DNA from: an uncultured Bacteroidales bacterium
GTDB taxonomy: Bacteria > Bacteroidota > Bacteroidia > Bacteroidales > Paludibacteraceae
Reading direction: 5' to 3'
DNA length: 64,000 nucleotides
NCBI GenBank assembly: GCA_945921355.1
Contig: CAMEKM010000004.1
Coordinates: 6,305 to 70,304 of the forward strand
In this document: positions 1 to 8,734 of the stretch, in pieces
How positions within the stretch are numbered: position 1 is the stretch's first letter
Layout: the number at the start of each line of letters is the position of its first letter
The notes under the pieces: model-generated
What the model was told of the DNA's origin: nothing
Database searches by the model: none
What the model saw: the letters and a program-made list of their open reading frames with translations, nothing else
Made by a program: the position numbers and the translations under genes

Positions 1-1
1 A

Positions 2-649
2 GATAAGTTCCTCAAACTGCTTGTCAAAGAGTGGAAACACCTGCTAACCAAAGACCCACAAAAAGCAAAACACTTTGTCCGCATCGTCAGCGACAAAGCA
101 TTGGAGCGTTTGATTAGTTACTTGCCTATATCCAATAGCGAAGCGTCCCATAGCGAAGTGTCACAACTCCCCTCCCTTCAGGGAGGGGCTGGGGGTAGGC
201 TTTATCACGGCGGTCACTACGATAAGGAAACACGCTACCTCAGCCCAACCATACTGACTAATGTATCGGAGGACGCTCCAGTGATGCAAGAAGAGATTTT
301 CGGTCCAATCTTCCCCGTGCTGACATTCAAGGAGATAGATGAGGTTATCACTTTTGTTACCGACCGTGAGAAGCCATTGGCATTGTATTATTTCGGTACC
401 AATGGCGATTATGTATTGCGCCATACATCTTCAGGCGGTGCTTGTGTGAATGATGTGATTATGCACATAGTGAATCACAATGTGCCCTTTGGCGGTGTAG
501 GCAATTCGGGTATGGGGTCATATCATGGCAAGGAGAGTTTCCTATCCTTCTCTCACCGCCGTTCGGTAGTATCTACCCCAACCTTCATCGACATGCCCTT
601 CCGCTACATGCCGTATAAGCTATTCAACCTCATAAAGAAAATGGTCTAA
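2..649 (+). CDS. aldehyde dehydrogenase family protein, C-terminal part (5' end outside window), with an in-frame ~26-aa repeat-encoded insertion
   Basis: The frame is open from nt 2. ALDH-type motifs EEIFGPIFPV and PFGGVGNSGMGSYHGK are present. The segment ISNSEASHSEVSQLPSLQGGAGGRL is encoded by a hairpin repeat at 121-204. Confidence 0.8.
   Translation, partial: DKFLKLLVKEWKHLLTKDPQKAKHFVRIVSDKALERLISYLPISNSEASHSEVSQLPSLQGGAGGRLYHGGHYDKETRYLSPTILTNVSEDAPVMQEEIFGPIFPVLTFKEIDEVITFVTDREKPLALYYFGTNGDYVLRHTSSGGACVNDVIMHIVNHNVPFGGVGNSGMGSYHGKESFLSFSHRRSVVSTPTFIDMPFRYMPYKLFNLIKKMV
165..204 (+). repeat. hairpin element CCCCTCCCT-TCA-GGGAGGGG followed by CTGGGGGTAGGC, lying in frame inside the ALDH CDS
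   Basis: The inverted repeat is read directly. The same element type recurs at least 8 times inside the CDS 11968-13626. Confidence 0.85.
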
Positions 650-715
650 TAATGCGTTGAGCCATAATACCTTACAAAAAAAAATAGGAAGAGGCATGCT
701 CTTCCTATTTTCTTA

Positions 716-1573
716 TCATTGTCCTTCCCACGATGCAGGCCATGGATTGTGCGTGATACCTGCCATCTCTACCATCTGTGCATGTGCCACCTCGCGCAAA
801 CGTTCCACTTCCACTTTACGTGGTTGGGTAATATCTGGAAATATCGGTTCGCCTATGGTCACTGTCAGCAATGGCAATTCCTTTGGTCCGAATAGGCGGA
901 AGATGCCTTTACGTTCGCGATAAGTGATGACGCATGGCAACAGCGGTTTGCCATACTTATAACTCATTGTGAACGCACCTTTTTGGAACGGACGTAATGG
1001 TTTATACATATCCCATCTACATGCTTCTGGGAAGATATGAAACCACCAACCACGACGATGAAACTCATCAAAGGCTTCATTAAATTTCTTTAATGCAGTC
1101 ATGTTAGTAGTTGAATCTGGAATAGGTACTCCACCTGCCAAACGCATAAAAAATCCATCCTTTGTACGGAAATTAGGAGCGAACATGGGTATGCGTGTGG
1201 TATGTGCCCCATTCACAGCGAGTAACACACATGGACAATCTAAACGATAGACGTGATTAGCAATCGTAATCGCACCATGAGCCAACTCTTTCTTGTAGCG
1301 CTTCAACACCTCACGCCCACGAATACGCAGACCCATTTGTATGCGCAATTTTAGACGCAACAGCACATGAATCACCAAATAATATCCCCACAGCAAGTTC
1401 AGTTTGTAGCCCAAACTATCATCCAAGTATGGAAAATGCTCATCAATAGTTAACTCTTTGGTGTATTTTGGAAACAATGTTCGTTCAAACGGATTAGTTT
1501 GAGGATACTCCAAGGCAGGTTGAGGAATATATACCCCATCCTTCACTTTTAATTCGTGATATTGCTGATTCAT
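716..1573 (-). CDS. lysophospholipid/glycerol-3-phosphate acyltransferase family protein (PlsC-like)
   Basis: 285-aa ORF with an HX4D acyltransferase motif (ANHVYRLD). Confidence 0.7.
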   Translation of the reverse strand: MNQQYHELKVKDGVYIPQPALEYPQTNPFERTLFPKYTKELTIDEHFPYLDDSLGYKLNLLWGYYLVIHVLLRLKLRIQMGLRIRGREVLKRYKKELAHGAITIANHVYRLDCPCVLLAVNGAHTTRIPMFAPNFRTKDGFFMRLAGGVPIPDSTTNMTALKKFNEAFDEFHRRGWWFHIFPEACRWDMYKPLRPFQKGAFTMSYKYGKPLLPCVITYRERKGIFRLFGPKELPLLTVTIGEPIFPDITQPRKVEVERLREVAHAQMVEMAGITHNPWPASWEGQ

Positions 1574-1596
1574 AACGAAATGGATTTAAGGTCCTA

Positions 1597-2961
1597 CTAT
1601 CGACCCAACGCACGCTCAATCATGGCTACATCTTGCCTTAAGACAGCATCATAGCTCATATGATTGGTTATTGCATTGAGAGAATATGCCACGGTGGCAT
1701 GGTCGCGATGCACATATGCTCCTATCTCCGCGAGCGAACTCTCGGTATATTTCTTGATTAGATACATCACAATACTGCGCGCACGAACGGCATCACGCTG
1801 ACGTGTACGCGCGGAAATCGCCTTTTCAGGAATATTGAGATGTTGACATACAGCAGTAATAATATCCGATGGCACATAGGTACGAGGATTCAACTCCACC
1901 AGACGACCTACCACTTTCTGCGTCAGCGCCATATCTATCGCACTATCTGTCAAGGTAGAATATGCCAACAAACTTGCCAATACACCCTCCAAATCACGCA
2001 CATTATCCGTCACATTATTGGCAATATAATCTATAATCTCATCGCTCAGTTTGATACCATTCTTCTTGATATGGAATGCTAGAATATCCTTGCGCAACTG
2101 GTAATCTGGACGAGTAATCTCAGCTGCTAAACCCCATTTGAAGCGCGACAACAAACGCTCTTGTACACCACGCAACTCCATTGGACTACGGTCTGAGGTC
2201 AAAATCAGTTGCTTGTGACTCTGCTGCAAATAGTTGAATATCTGGAAAAACGTATCTTGTGTTCCTTTTAAATCAGAGAAATATTGTATATCATCTACAA
2301 TCAGCACATCCACCGACTGATAGAACATCAAGAAGTCTGGCACGCGATTGTGGTTCACTGCATCTTGAAACTGCAATTTGAATGTATTAGCCGTCACATA
2401 CAGCACGCGAGCATTATCAAAATGTTGTGCCACATAATTACCGATTGCGTTAGCCAGGTGCGTCTTACCCACTCCACTGCCTCCAAATAAGAACAATGGG
2501 TTAAAAATAGTCTTACCCGGTTGTTTAGCAATCTCCACGCCTGCTGCACGAGCCAATTTATTCGGTTCACCTTTGACAAAATTATCAAACGTATACTGTA
2601 AGTTCAGTTGCGACTCCCACTCCTCTACGACTGTTGGATTGGATGATTCCAATGTTCTGCGTACTGTTGTTTGCTTAGCACTATCGCTTGGAATATCAAT
2701 CGAACCACCAGCCATAAGAATGCGGTACTCCAATTGTACTTTTGCGCCAAATACCTTTCTTAATACGCGCGAGAGAATATCCAAATAATTATCTTCTATA
2801 TAATCAACCACAAACTGACTCTTCACTTGCAATACCAACAAATCGTTCTCCCATTGCAATGCAACAATCGGAGCGAACCATGTTTGGTACGCGCTCTGCG
2901 ATAAATTGTCACGCAAAATCTGCTGACAATCAGCCCACAATATGTTTACATCATTTGTCAT
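1597..2961 (-). CDS. dnaA: chromosomal replication initiator protein DnaA
   Basis: 454 aa with Walker A GGSGVGKTHL, an AAA+ core (LIVDDIQ) and a C-terminal DnaA-box-binding domain (HATVAYS). Confidence 0.95.
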   Translation of the reverse strand: MTNDVNILWADCQQILRDNLSQSAYQTWFAPIVALQWENDLLVLQVKSQFVVDYIEDNYLDILSRVLRKVFGAKVQLEYRILMAGGSIDIPSDSAKQTTVRRTLESSNPTVVEEWESQLNLQYTFDNFVKGEPNKLARAAGVEIAKQPGKTIFNPLFLFGGSGVGKTHLANAIGNYVAQHFDNARVLYVTANTFKLQFQDAVNHNRVPDFLMFYQSVDVLIVDDIQYFSDLKGTQDTFFQIFNYLQQSHKQLILTSDRSPMELRGVQERLLSRFKWGLAAEITRPDYQLRKDILAFHIKKNGIKLSDEIIDYIANNVTDNVRDLEGVLASLLAYSTLTDSAIDMALTQKVVGRLVELNPRTYVPSDIITAVCQHLNIPEKAISARTRQRDAVRARSIVMYLIKKYTESSLAEIGAYVHRDHATVAYSLNAITNHMSYDAVLRQDVAMIERALGR

Positions 2962-3291
2962 TGATTAAGAAGAAATCCGAACAAGCGGATCTCCAAAAGA
3001 ATCCGTTTTTCACGAAATCGAGTGCAAAGGTACTGCTTTTTTTTCATTCCACCAAATGCCACCTCAAACAACATTTTTAGTTCAATTTTATTCTACAAAT
3101 AATCAGTCAGTTATGTTTCCACATTTGGTTATCACCAAGTTAAGCATTCTATCAAGCGTAACTCACTGAAATTCATATATTAAAATTTCATAACGTTCCA
3201 CAAAATTGTTTCACAAAAAATCCCTAACCAGCTTTATTATCAGCCGATTAGGGACTTTCTAAACATTTATCAAAAATTAGACAATCGAAAA
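2962..3291. promoter_or_regulatory. AT-rich dnaA upstream region with DnaA-box-like 9-mers (possible oriC-associated region)
   Basis: TGTTTCCACA at 3113-3122, TTATCACCA at 3128-3136, GTTCCACAA at 3194-3202 and TGTTTCACA at 3206-3214. There is no ORF in 330 bp. Confidence 0.35.
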
Positions 3292-4194
3292 TTACTTCCC
3301 TTTAGGCAATTTCTTCTGAATGAATGGACGAGCTTTTATCGACATTACTACCGAATCCACATTCAGCACCGCACTATCCAAATCTTTCAGTGCCGTATTA
3401 AGATTATCATATAGGGCTTTATCGTTCAACAACAGCCCCAATGTTCCCTCTTCCGACTCTAATGCTGTGTTCACCGAAGCTATAACGCGATTCAGTTCGG
3501 CAATGGTATTCTGTATCTGCGCCTGACGCACGTCGGCCATCACCGCTTGCAAGTCTGCTAAGGTGCTATCCACCTTCTCCACCACCCCAGGCAAATCATT
3601 GTGGGTCAAATGACGAATATCCTTACCGCTAACCTCCAAGTCGGCTGTAATTTGCTCAATATGCTTCAGGGTAGCTGCTAAGTTACCCTCTTCCATCTCG
3701 TTGTTAAGCGTAGCCACCAATGCGTTTGCTTGCATCAGTACACTATCCAAATGCGCCAAAATACCAGTTTGCAAATTATCCACCAATCCTGGCACCACGA
3801 TAGATGGCAATGTATCGCCTTGTTGATAAGGCATGGCGCGATTGGCGAGTGCAGGCAACTGCAACTCAATGGCACTACCACCCAGCAGACCATCGGCAAG
3901 CAACGCCATTTGTGTACCACGAGGAAGCACAATTCCTTTGTCGATATGTACCCCCACAACAAACGCAGGTGTACGTGTAAAATCATATTGTATGCTTTCT
4001 ACTAAACCCACCTTGTGACCTAAGATATACACAGGTGCTTGCTCGGTTAATCCATTACTGCGCTCAAAATAGCCGTAGTAACACTCTGTTGGCGAAAAGA
4101 TATTCACTCCTTTCAAAAAATTAAATCCAAAATACAAGATGCCAGCACATACTATTGCCAGCACTCCCACTTTCACTTCTCTTGCGTATTTCAT
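3292..4194 (-). CDS. MlaD/MCE family protein
   Basis: N-terminal TM segment plus an MCE-like start (REVKVGVLAIV...FLKG) and a coiled-coil C-terminus. It overlaps the upstream amidase gene by 4 nt. Confidence 0.7.
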   Translation of the reverse strand: MKYAREVKVGVLAIVCAGILYFGFNFLKGVNIFSPTECYYGYFERSNGLTEQAPVYILGHKVGLVESIQYDFTRTPAFVVGVHIDKGIVLPRGTQMALLADGLLGGSAIELQLPALANRAMPYQQGDTLPSIVVPGLVDNLQTGILAHLDSVLMQANALVATLNNEMEEGNLAATLKHIEQITADLEVSGKDIRHLTHNDLPGVVEKVDSTLADLQAVMADVRQAQIQNTIAELNRVIASVNTALESEEGTLGLLLNDKALYDNLNTALKDLDSAVLNVDSVVMSIKARPFIQKKLPKGK

Positions 4195-4928
4195 CTCTTA
4201 TAATAATTTTCAAAGGCATTAAAAATGCCGTTCACTATTCCATTTTTGCCTGCTTCACTTGCGAGCCACTTCTCCTCTTCTGCATTGCTGATAAAGCCCA
4301 TCTCCACCAGCACACTTGGGCATGCCGATTGCAACAACACCCAAAATGCAGCTTGTCTCACTCCACGATTCGCACGTTGCAGCGTACCCACAAACTGTTT
4401 TTGCACCAATTCGGCAAACACCAAACTATTATCCATATACTGGTTCTGCATCAATTCGAAGATGATATAGCTCTCTATCGAATTAGGGTCAAAACCCTGA
4501 TATACCGTCTGATCGGTCTCCAGCTTCATCACCGCGTTCTCGCGCATGGCCACATCCAGATTATCCTCCATGCGGTCTGTACCAAGAATGAATGTCTCTG
4601 CGCCACATGCTTTTCTATTCTCTGCGGCGTTAGTGTGAATACTGATGAATAAATCCGCATGATTCTTATTCACGATATCCGCGCGTTGTTGCAGTGGCAG
4701 GAACACATCTGTTGTACGTGTCATCACCACATTCACATCGGGATAATGTTGGCGTATCTTATCTGCCAGTCGCTGTGCTACGCATAGGTTGAGGTCTTTC
4801 TCTTTCAGTTTCAGTACATGTCCTATTGCACCAGCATCATTACCGCCATGTCCAGCGTCTATTACCACGGTAAATGACATGCAACACAGTGCCACTACTA
4901 TCACTAATATTGTCCGTACAAATTTCAT
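4191..4928 (-). CDS. N-acetylmuramoyl-L-alanine amidase (Amidase_3)
   Basis: Signal peptide, VVIDAGHGGNDAGAIG, and SIHTNA motifs. Confidence 0.9.
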   Translation of the reverse strand: MKFVRTILVIVVALCCMSFTVVIDAGHGGNDAGAIGHVLKLKEKDLNLCVAQRLADKIRQHYPDVNVVMTRTTDVFLPLQQRADIVNKNHADLFISIHTNAAENRKACGAETFILGTDRMEDNLDVAMRENAVMKLETDQTVYQGFDPNSIESYIIFELMQNQYMDNSLVFAELVQKQFVGTLQRANRGVRQAAFWVLLQSACPSVLVEMGFISNAEEEKWLASEAGKNGIVNGIFNAFENYYKR

Positions 4929-4940
4929 ACCAATCCAATT

Positions 4941-5047
4941 TGGCTACAAAGGTAGTACTTTTTTCCAATATATACAATATTTTTTAGCAAAAAAATAGTT
5001 TTTTTGTACAACCTACTTTGCTAAATCACAAAATTATTGTACCTTTG
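4941..5047. promoter_or_regulatory. divergent promoter region (amidase operon leftward, manA rightward)
   Basis: Minus-strand -7 box TACCTTTG at 4947-4954. Plus-strand TTTG at 5017-5020 and TACCTTTG at 5040-5047, with a 19-nt spacer and the ATG at 5066. The two -7 regions are mirror images (GGCTACAAAGGTA / TACCTTTGTAGCC). Confidence 0.65.
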
Positions 5048-5065
5048 TAGCCAAATTGAATTGGT

Positions 5066-6442
5066 ATGCAAAGACATTTACACGATATATCTCCACTGAG
5101 TACCTCCTATGAGATGGGACTCAAGCGTGTGCTGCTTTCTGCTAATGAGAGTGGATGTAGTATCACGCAGATTGCAGTGATTGAACTAAAAGCAGGCGAA
5201 CATAGTGCGCAACATATCCACCCGGATTTGCAAGACGCGTTTTTTATCCTCGATGGCGAGATTGATATCACCATTGATGGACAAGTGCATCATTGCAAAC
5301 CCGAAGACTTTGTTTTCGTAGAGCACCTCAAGGCCTACGAGCTGCACGCCATTACGGATGTACGTATGTTGGCGATGGGCTGCGTGATTGAAGCGCAGCG
5401 CACCAAGCTATACCCTATGCTCTTCGAGCCCAACCTACGCACTATGGTATGGGGTGGCAGACGTTTGACTAATTGGAAGCAGTTGCCCGAACAAGATAAT
5501 ATAGGCGAGAGTTGGGAAGTATCCACGCTGGATATGCTGCCTTCGGTGGTTGCTAATGGTACATGGGCAGGATATCCACTCCGCGAAGTAATCGGCAAGA
5601 TGCCTGATGCTATTCTGGGTAAGGCTGTAGCCAAGAAGTATCAGAACGATATGCCTCTGCTGGTCAAACTCATTGATACAAAAGCGGACTTGAGCGTACA
5701 AGTCCATCCCGATGATGCGATGGCGCTGCGCGAACACAATGCATCGGGCAAGACAGAGATGTGGTATGTGATTGATGCCGACCCTGATGCTTATATCTAT
5801 GCGGGATTCAAAGAGGAGCTCACTCCCGAAGAATACGCACATCGTGTAGCAGATGGCACCATCATAGATGCATTAGCAAAACATGAGATTCATACTGGCG
5901 ACGTGTTCTATATCCCTGCAGGTCGCGTGCATGCGATAGGCAAGGGCGTGCTATTAGTGGAGGTGCAGCAGTCATCGGATGTCACCTATCGTATCTACGA
6001 TTATGATCGTCTGGGCTTAGACGGCAAACCGCGTGCATTGCATACCGAACTGGCAGCGCAGGCGCTGGATTATCGCGTGCATAAGGAGTATAAGAATAGT
6101 TATAGGGATGATATAGATACTGCCAATCCATGTTTAGATACCGAGCACTTCAGTGTGCGCGTGGTGTCGCTTACGCAGGCTATTCACCGCAATATGGTGA
6201 ACTACGATTCGTTTGTGATCAGCACTTGTACGCAAGGTAGTTGCAAGATTCGTATCCGCAGTACGCGCGATGAGGTGGAATTGCGCGAAGGTTTCTCGTG
6301 CCTGATTCCCGCGGCCATTGCCGATTATGATATCATTCCTATCACGCCTACGGCAAAACTGCTGGAAGCATATATCAACAATAGTTCTCAGAAAACATTC
6401 CGTCGCATGATTTCGCAATTCTTGCACTTGAGCGGATTCTAA
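5066..6442 (+). CDS. manA: mannose-6-phosphate isomerase (type I) with an N-terminal cupin domain
   Basis: PMI motifs SWEVS, LLVKLIDTKADLSVQVHPDD, EMWYV and VEVQQSSDVTYRIYDY. Residues 1-110 form a separate cupin (HIHPDLQDAFFILDGE). Confidence 0.85.
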   Translation: MQRHLHDISPLSTSYEMGLKRVLLSANESGCSITQIAVIELKAGEHSAQHIHPDLQDAFFILDGEIDITIDGQVHHCKPEDFVFVEHLKAYELHAITDVRMLAMGCVIEAQRTKLYPMLFEPNLRTMVWGGRRLTNWKQLPEQDNIGESWEVSTLDMLPSVVANGTWAGYPLREVIGKMPDAILGKAVAKKYQNDMPLLVKLIDTKADLSVQVHPDDAMALREHNASGKTEMWYVIDADPDAYIYAGFKEELTPEEYAHRVADGTIIDALAKHEIHTGDVFYIPAGRVHAIGKGVLLVEVQQSSDVTYRIYDYDRLGLDGKPRALHTELAAQALDYRVHKEYKNSYRDDIDTANPCLDTEHFSVRVVSLTQAIHRNMVNYDSFVISTCTQGSCKIRIRSTRDEVELREGFSCLIPAAIADYDIIPITPTAKLLEAYINNSSQKTFRRMISQFLHLSGF

Positions 6443-6456
6443 TAAAGATCCATACT

Positions 6457-7641
6457 ATGCATATCACTCTTATCGCAGGGGCACGCCCCAATTTCATGAA
6501 AATTGCTCCGCTGATTCACGCTATCAAATCAGCAGAGGCAATAGGCAAGGACATCCATTATAGCCTCGTGCATACAGGGCAGCATTACGACAAGAATATG
6601 TCGGATACCTTTTTTGAGGAGCTGAATATACCTATGCCCGATGCCAACTTGGGGTGTGGAGGCGGCACACAAGCTGAGCAGACAGCTAATATCATGGTTG
6701 CATTTGAGAAGCATCTGTTGGCGCACCCTACCGACTTAGTATTAGTAGTAGGTGATGTAACTAGTACAATGGCATGCTCTATTGTGGCTAAGAAACTCAA
6801 CACCAAGGTATGCCATGTGGAGGCAGGTATCCGCAGTTGGGACCTAACAATGCCCGAAGAGATTAATCGCATGGTCACCGACGCGTTGGCAGACTATATG
6901 TTCACCACCTCGGAGATTGCCAACAAGAATCTACTGATGTCTGGAGCTACGCTTGTCAATAGCCCATCACCGATTGCCAATTACCAATTGCCCGCGCTGC
7001 AAGAGGAACAGTATGCTTTCCAACGTATCTCACAACGCGTATGGTATGTAGGCAATGTGATGATTGATACGCTACTGGCTAATCGTAACCGATTCCGCCG
7101 CCCCGCAGTATTCGACGAATTACAACTCACAGAGGGACAATATATCATGATGACCATGCACCGTCCTGCTAATGTAGATGAAGAAGTGCATCTCAAAACG
7201 CTCATGGAGCAGATTATCACCAATGTACATGGCTTGCCAATCATCTTCCCTATCCACCCACGTACTGCCAAAATATTTTATAATCTATGGGGCGATGAAG
7301 CTACCTTGCGTCAGTTATTCCCTAATCTGCATATTGTAGAACCAATGGGATATCTTGAGTTCAACTATATGGTAGAGCGTGCTAAAGCTGTAGTGACCGA
7401 CTCTGGAGGTATCACCGAAGAGACTACCGTGATGGGGGTACCATGTATCACTTTGCGCGACAATACCGAACGTCCTGAGACTTGCACCGTAGGCACCAAT
7501 GAGCTAATAGGCACCAATCCTGCGGCAGTGAAGCCTGCACTGGATTTGCTCTTCAGCGGTCAATGGAAAAAAGGAGCTATCCCTGCACTTTGGGATGGTC
7601 ACACAGCCGAACGTATTGTAGATATTCTGCTAACGTTATAA
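6457..7641 (+). CDS. wecB: UDP-N-acetylglucosamine 2-epimerase (non-hydrolysing)
   Basis: GARPNFMKIAPL, HTGQHYD, HVEAGIRS, GNVMIDTL and DSGGITEE motifs. It carries an extra loop of about 25 aa that includes a 3x heptamer at 6973-6993. Confidence 0.9.
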   Translation: MHITLIAGARPNFMKIAPLIHAIKSAEAIGKDIHYSLVHTGQHYDKNMSDTFFEELNIPMPDANLGCGGGTQAEQTANIMVAFEKHLLAHPTDLVLVVGDVTSTMACSIVAKKLNTKVCHVEAGIRSWDLTMPEEINRMVTDALADYMFTTSEIANKNLLMSGATLVNSPSPIANYQLPALQEEQYAFQRISQRVWYVGNVMIDTLLANRNRFRRPAVFDELQLTEGQYIMMTMHRPANVDEEVHLKTLMEQIITNVHGLPIIFPIHPRTAKIFYNLWGDEATLRQLFPNLHIVEPMGYLEFNYMVERAKAVVTDSGGITEETTVMGVPCITLRDNTERPETCTVGTNELIGTNPAAVKPALDLLFSGQWKKGAIPALWDGHTAERIVDILLTL

Positions 7642-7652
7642 GCAAACTTGTG

Positions 7653-8447
7653 CTACTTTTGCGCTATAATCAATAATCTTTTAACGATATTCTTCAGCGA
7701 TTGCATGAGCAGTTCCTTGCTCCATGCCATGATGTTATCAGCCCACCGTTGCGGGTGGGTAGTTATCATAATATGCTTAGGTAGTTGTCCTCGATTGAGT
7801 GCATGGATAAGGTCATCTGTGGTATGATATACTAGTCCCTGTTCTATCCATTGATCTTGATAGGTAGGAATCTTATCGCGAACTGACACGTTGAACCCAT
7901 CCCAGCAGCGACCTGTATCGGTCAGGTAGAACACATCACTGAAATCTACGTCGAAGTATGGTTCGCCGATTATGCCCAGCGATTGATAGTTATAGTGTTT
8001 CCATAGTTCACGTCCATCCCATTTACTGGTAGGTGCGCCGTGCATGCAGATGGTACGCACGGGATAGAATTGGCGGAAATATTGCAATTGTTCTTGAAAG
8101 TGCGAGTACGCTTTTTCTACATTTCCATTGCATATCGCCATATCTTCGTAGTGATAACCTATTTCATGCCCTAGGGAGGCTATTTGTTGGATGTATTCTG
8201 GCTGATTGCTCGCCTTGACCACACGAAAATAATAGCTTGATTGAATACCAATCTCATACTCTATGTGCGCAAAAGCATAGCTATTCTCAGGTAATGCTTC
8301 CACATCATGTCGCATGATTATGTACCTCTCTGGTAATGCTTCTCCTCTATCTCGACAGTCGCAATACTGCTCAAAGGTGATGAATTGGTATCCTTGCTGC
8401 TGTAATGCAACCAAGAGTTGTTGGTATTTGCTTAGAGTAAAGTCCAT
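7653..8447 (-). CDS. polysaccharide deacetylase family protein
   Basis: RHDVE...GYHYE...CMHGAP motifs. I place the start at MDFTLSKYQQ (8447), because the longer ORF-track start reads into the MITE-like repeat. Confidence 0.7.
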   Translation of the reverse strand: MDFTLSKYQQLLVALQQQGYQFITFEQYCDCRDRGEALPERYIIMRHDVEALPENSYAFAHIEYEIGIQSSYYFRVVKASNQPEYIQQIASLGHEIGYHYEDMAICNGNVEKAYSHFQEQLQYFRQFYPVRTICMHGAPTSKWDGRELWKHYNYQSLGIIGEPYFDVDFSDVFYLTDTGRCWDGFNVSVRDKIPTYQDQWIEQGLVYHTTDDLIHALNRGQLPKHIMITTHPQRWADNIMAWSKELLMQSLKNIVKRLLIIAQK

Positions 8448-8480
8448 ATTAGCCCACTTGGTTATATGTTTTAATTTTTT

Positions 8481-8728
8481 AACATAAATACGCTTCGTTA
8501 CACTCGCTATAAAAATATACAAAAATCTGGTATTATATTTTGTCGTTGCATATAAGAAGCAGCCCGCTGCTTTAGTATGCAAACCAAAATAACAATTTTT
8601 TTGATTATCTACCCATTTTTTGTTTTAGTCACCAATGCGGGACGCATTCTTTGGACTAAAAACAAAAATATGTTTCCTTGATTTTTAATTATTTTTATAG
8701 GCATCAAAGATGCCGTATTTTTGTTATA
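8481..8728 (+). repeat. ~247-bp structured MITE-like element, copy A
   Basis: Terminal inverted repeat AACATAAATACG / CGTATTTTTGTT and three internal hairpins. Homologous to 33151-33397, 49354-49597 and the ends of 48698-49337. Confidence 0.85.
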
Positions 8729-8734
8729 GAGAAT

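Noticed and set aside
8448-8582. N-terminal 45-codon extension of the deacetylase ORF (ORF-track start at 8582)
   Set aside because: The extension reads through the MITE-like repeat and has no homology-like pattern. MDFTLSKYQQ at 8447 is a more plausible start.
8700-8728. Outward-facing promoter in the MITE right end (TATTTTTG)
   Set aside because: The -7 match is present, but there is no TTTG at the proper -33 distance in any copy, so I do not call it a promoter.
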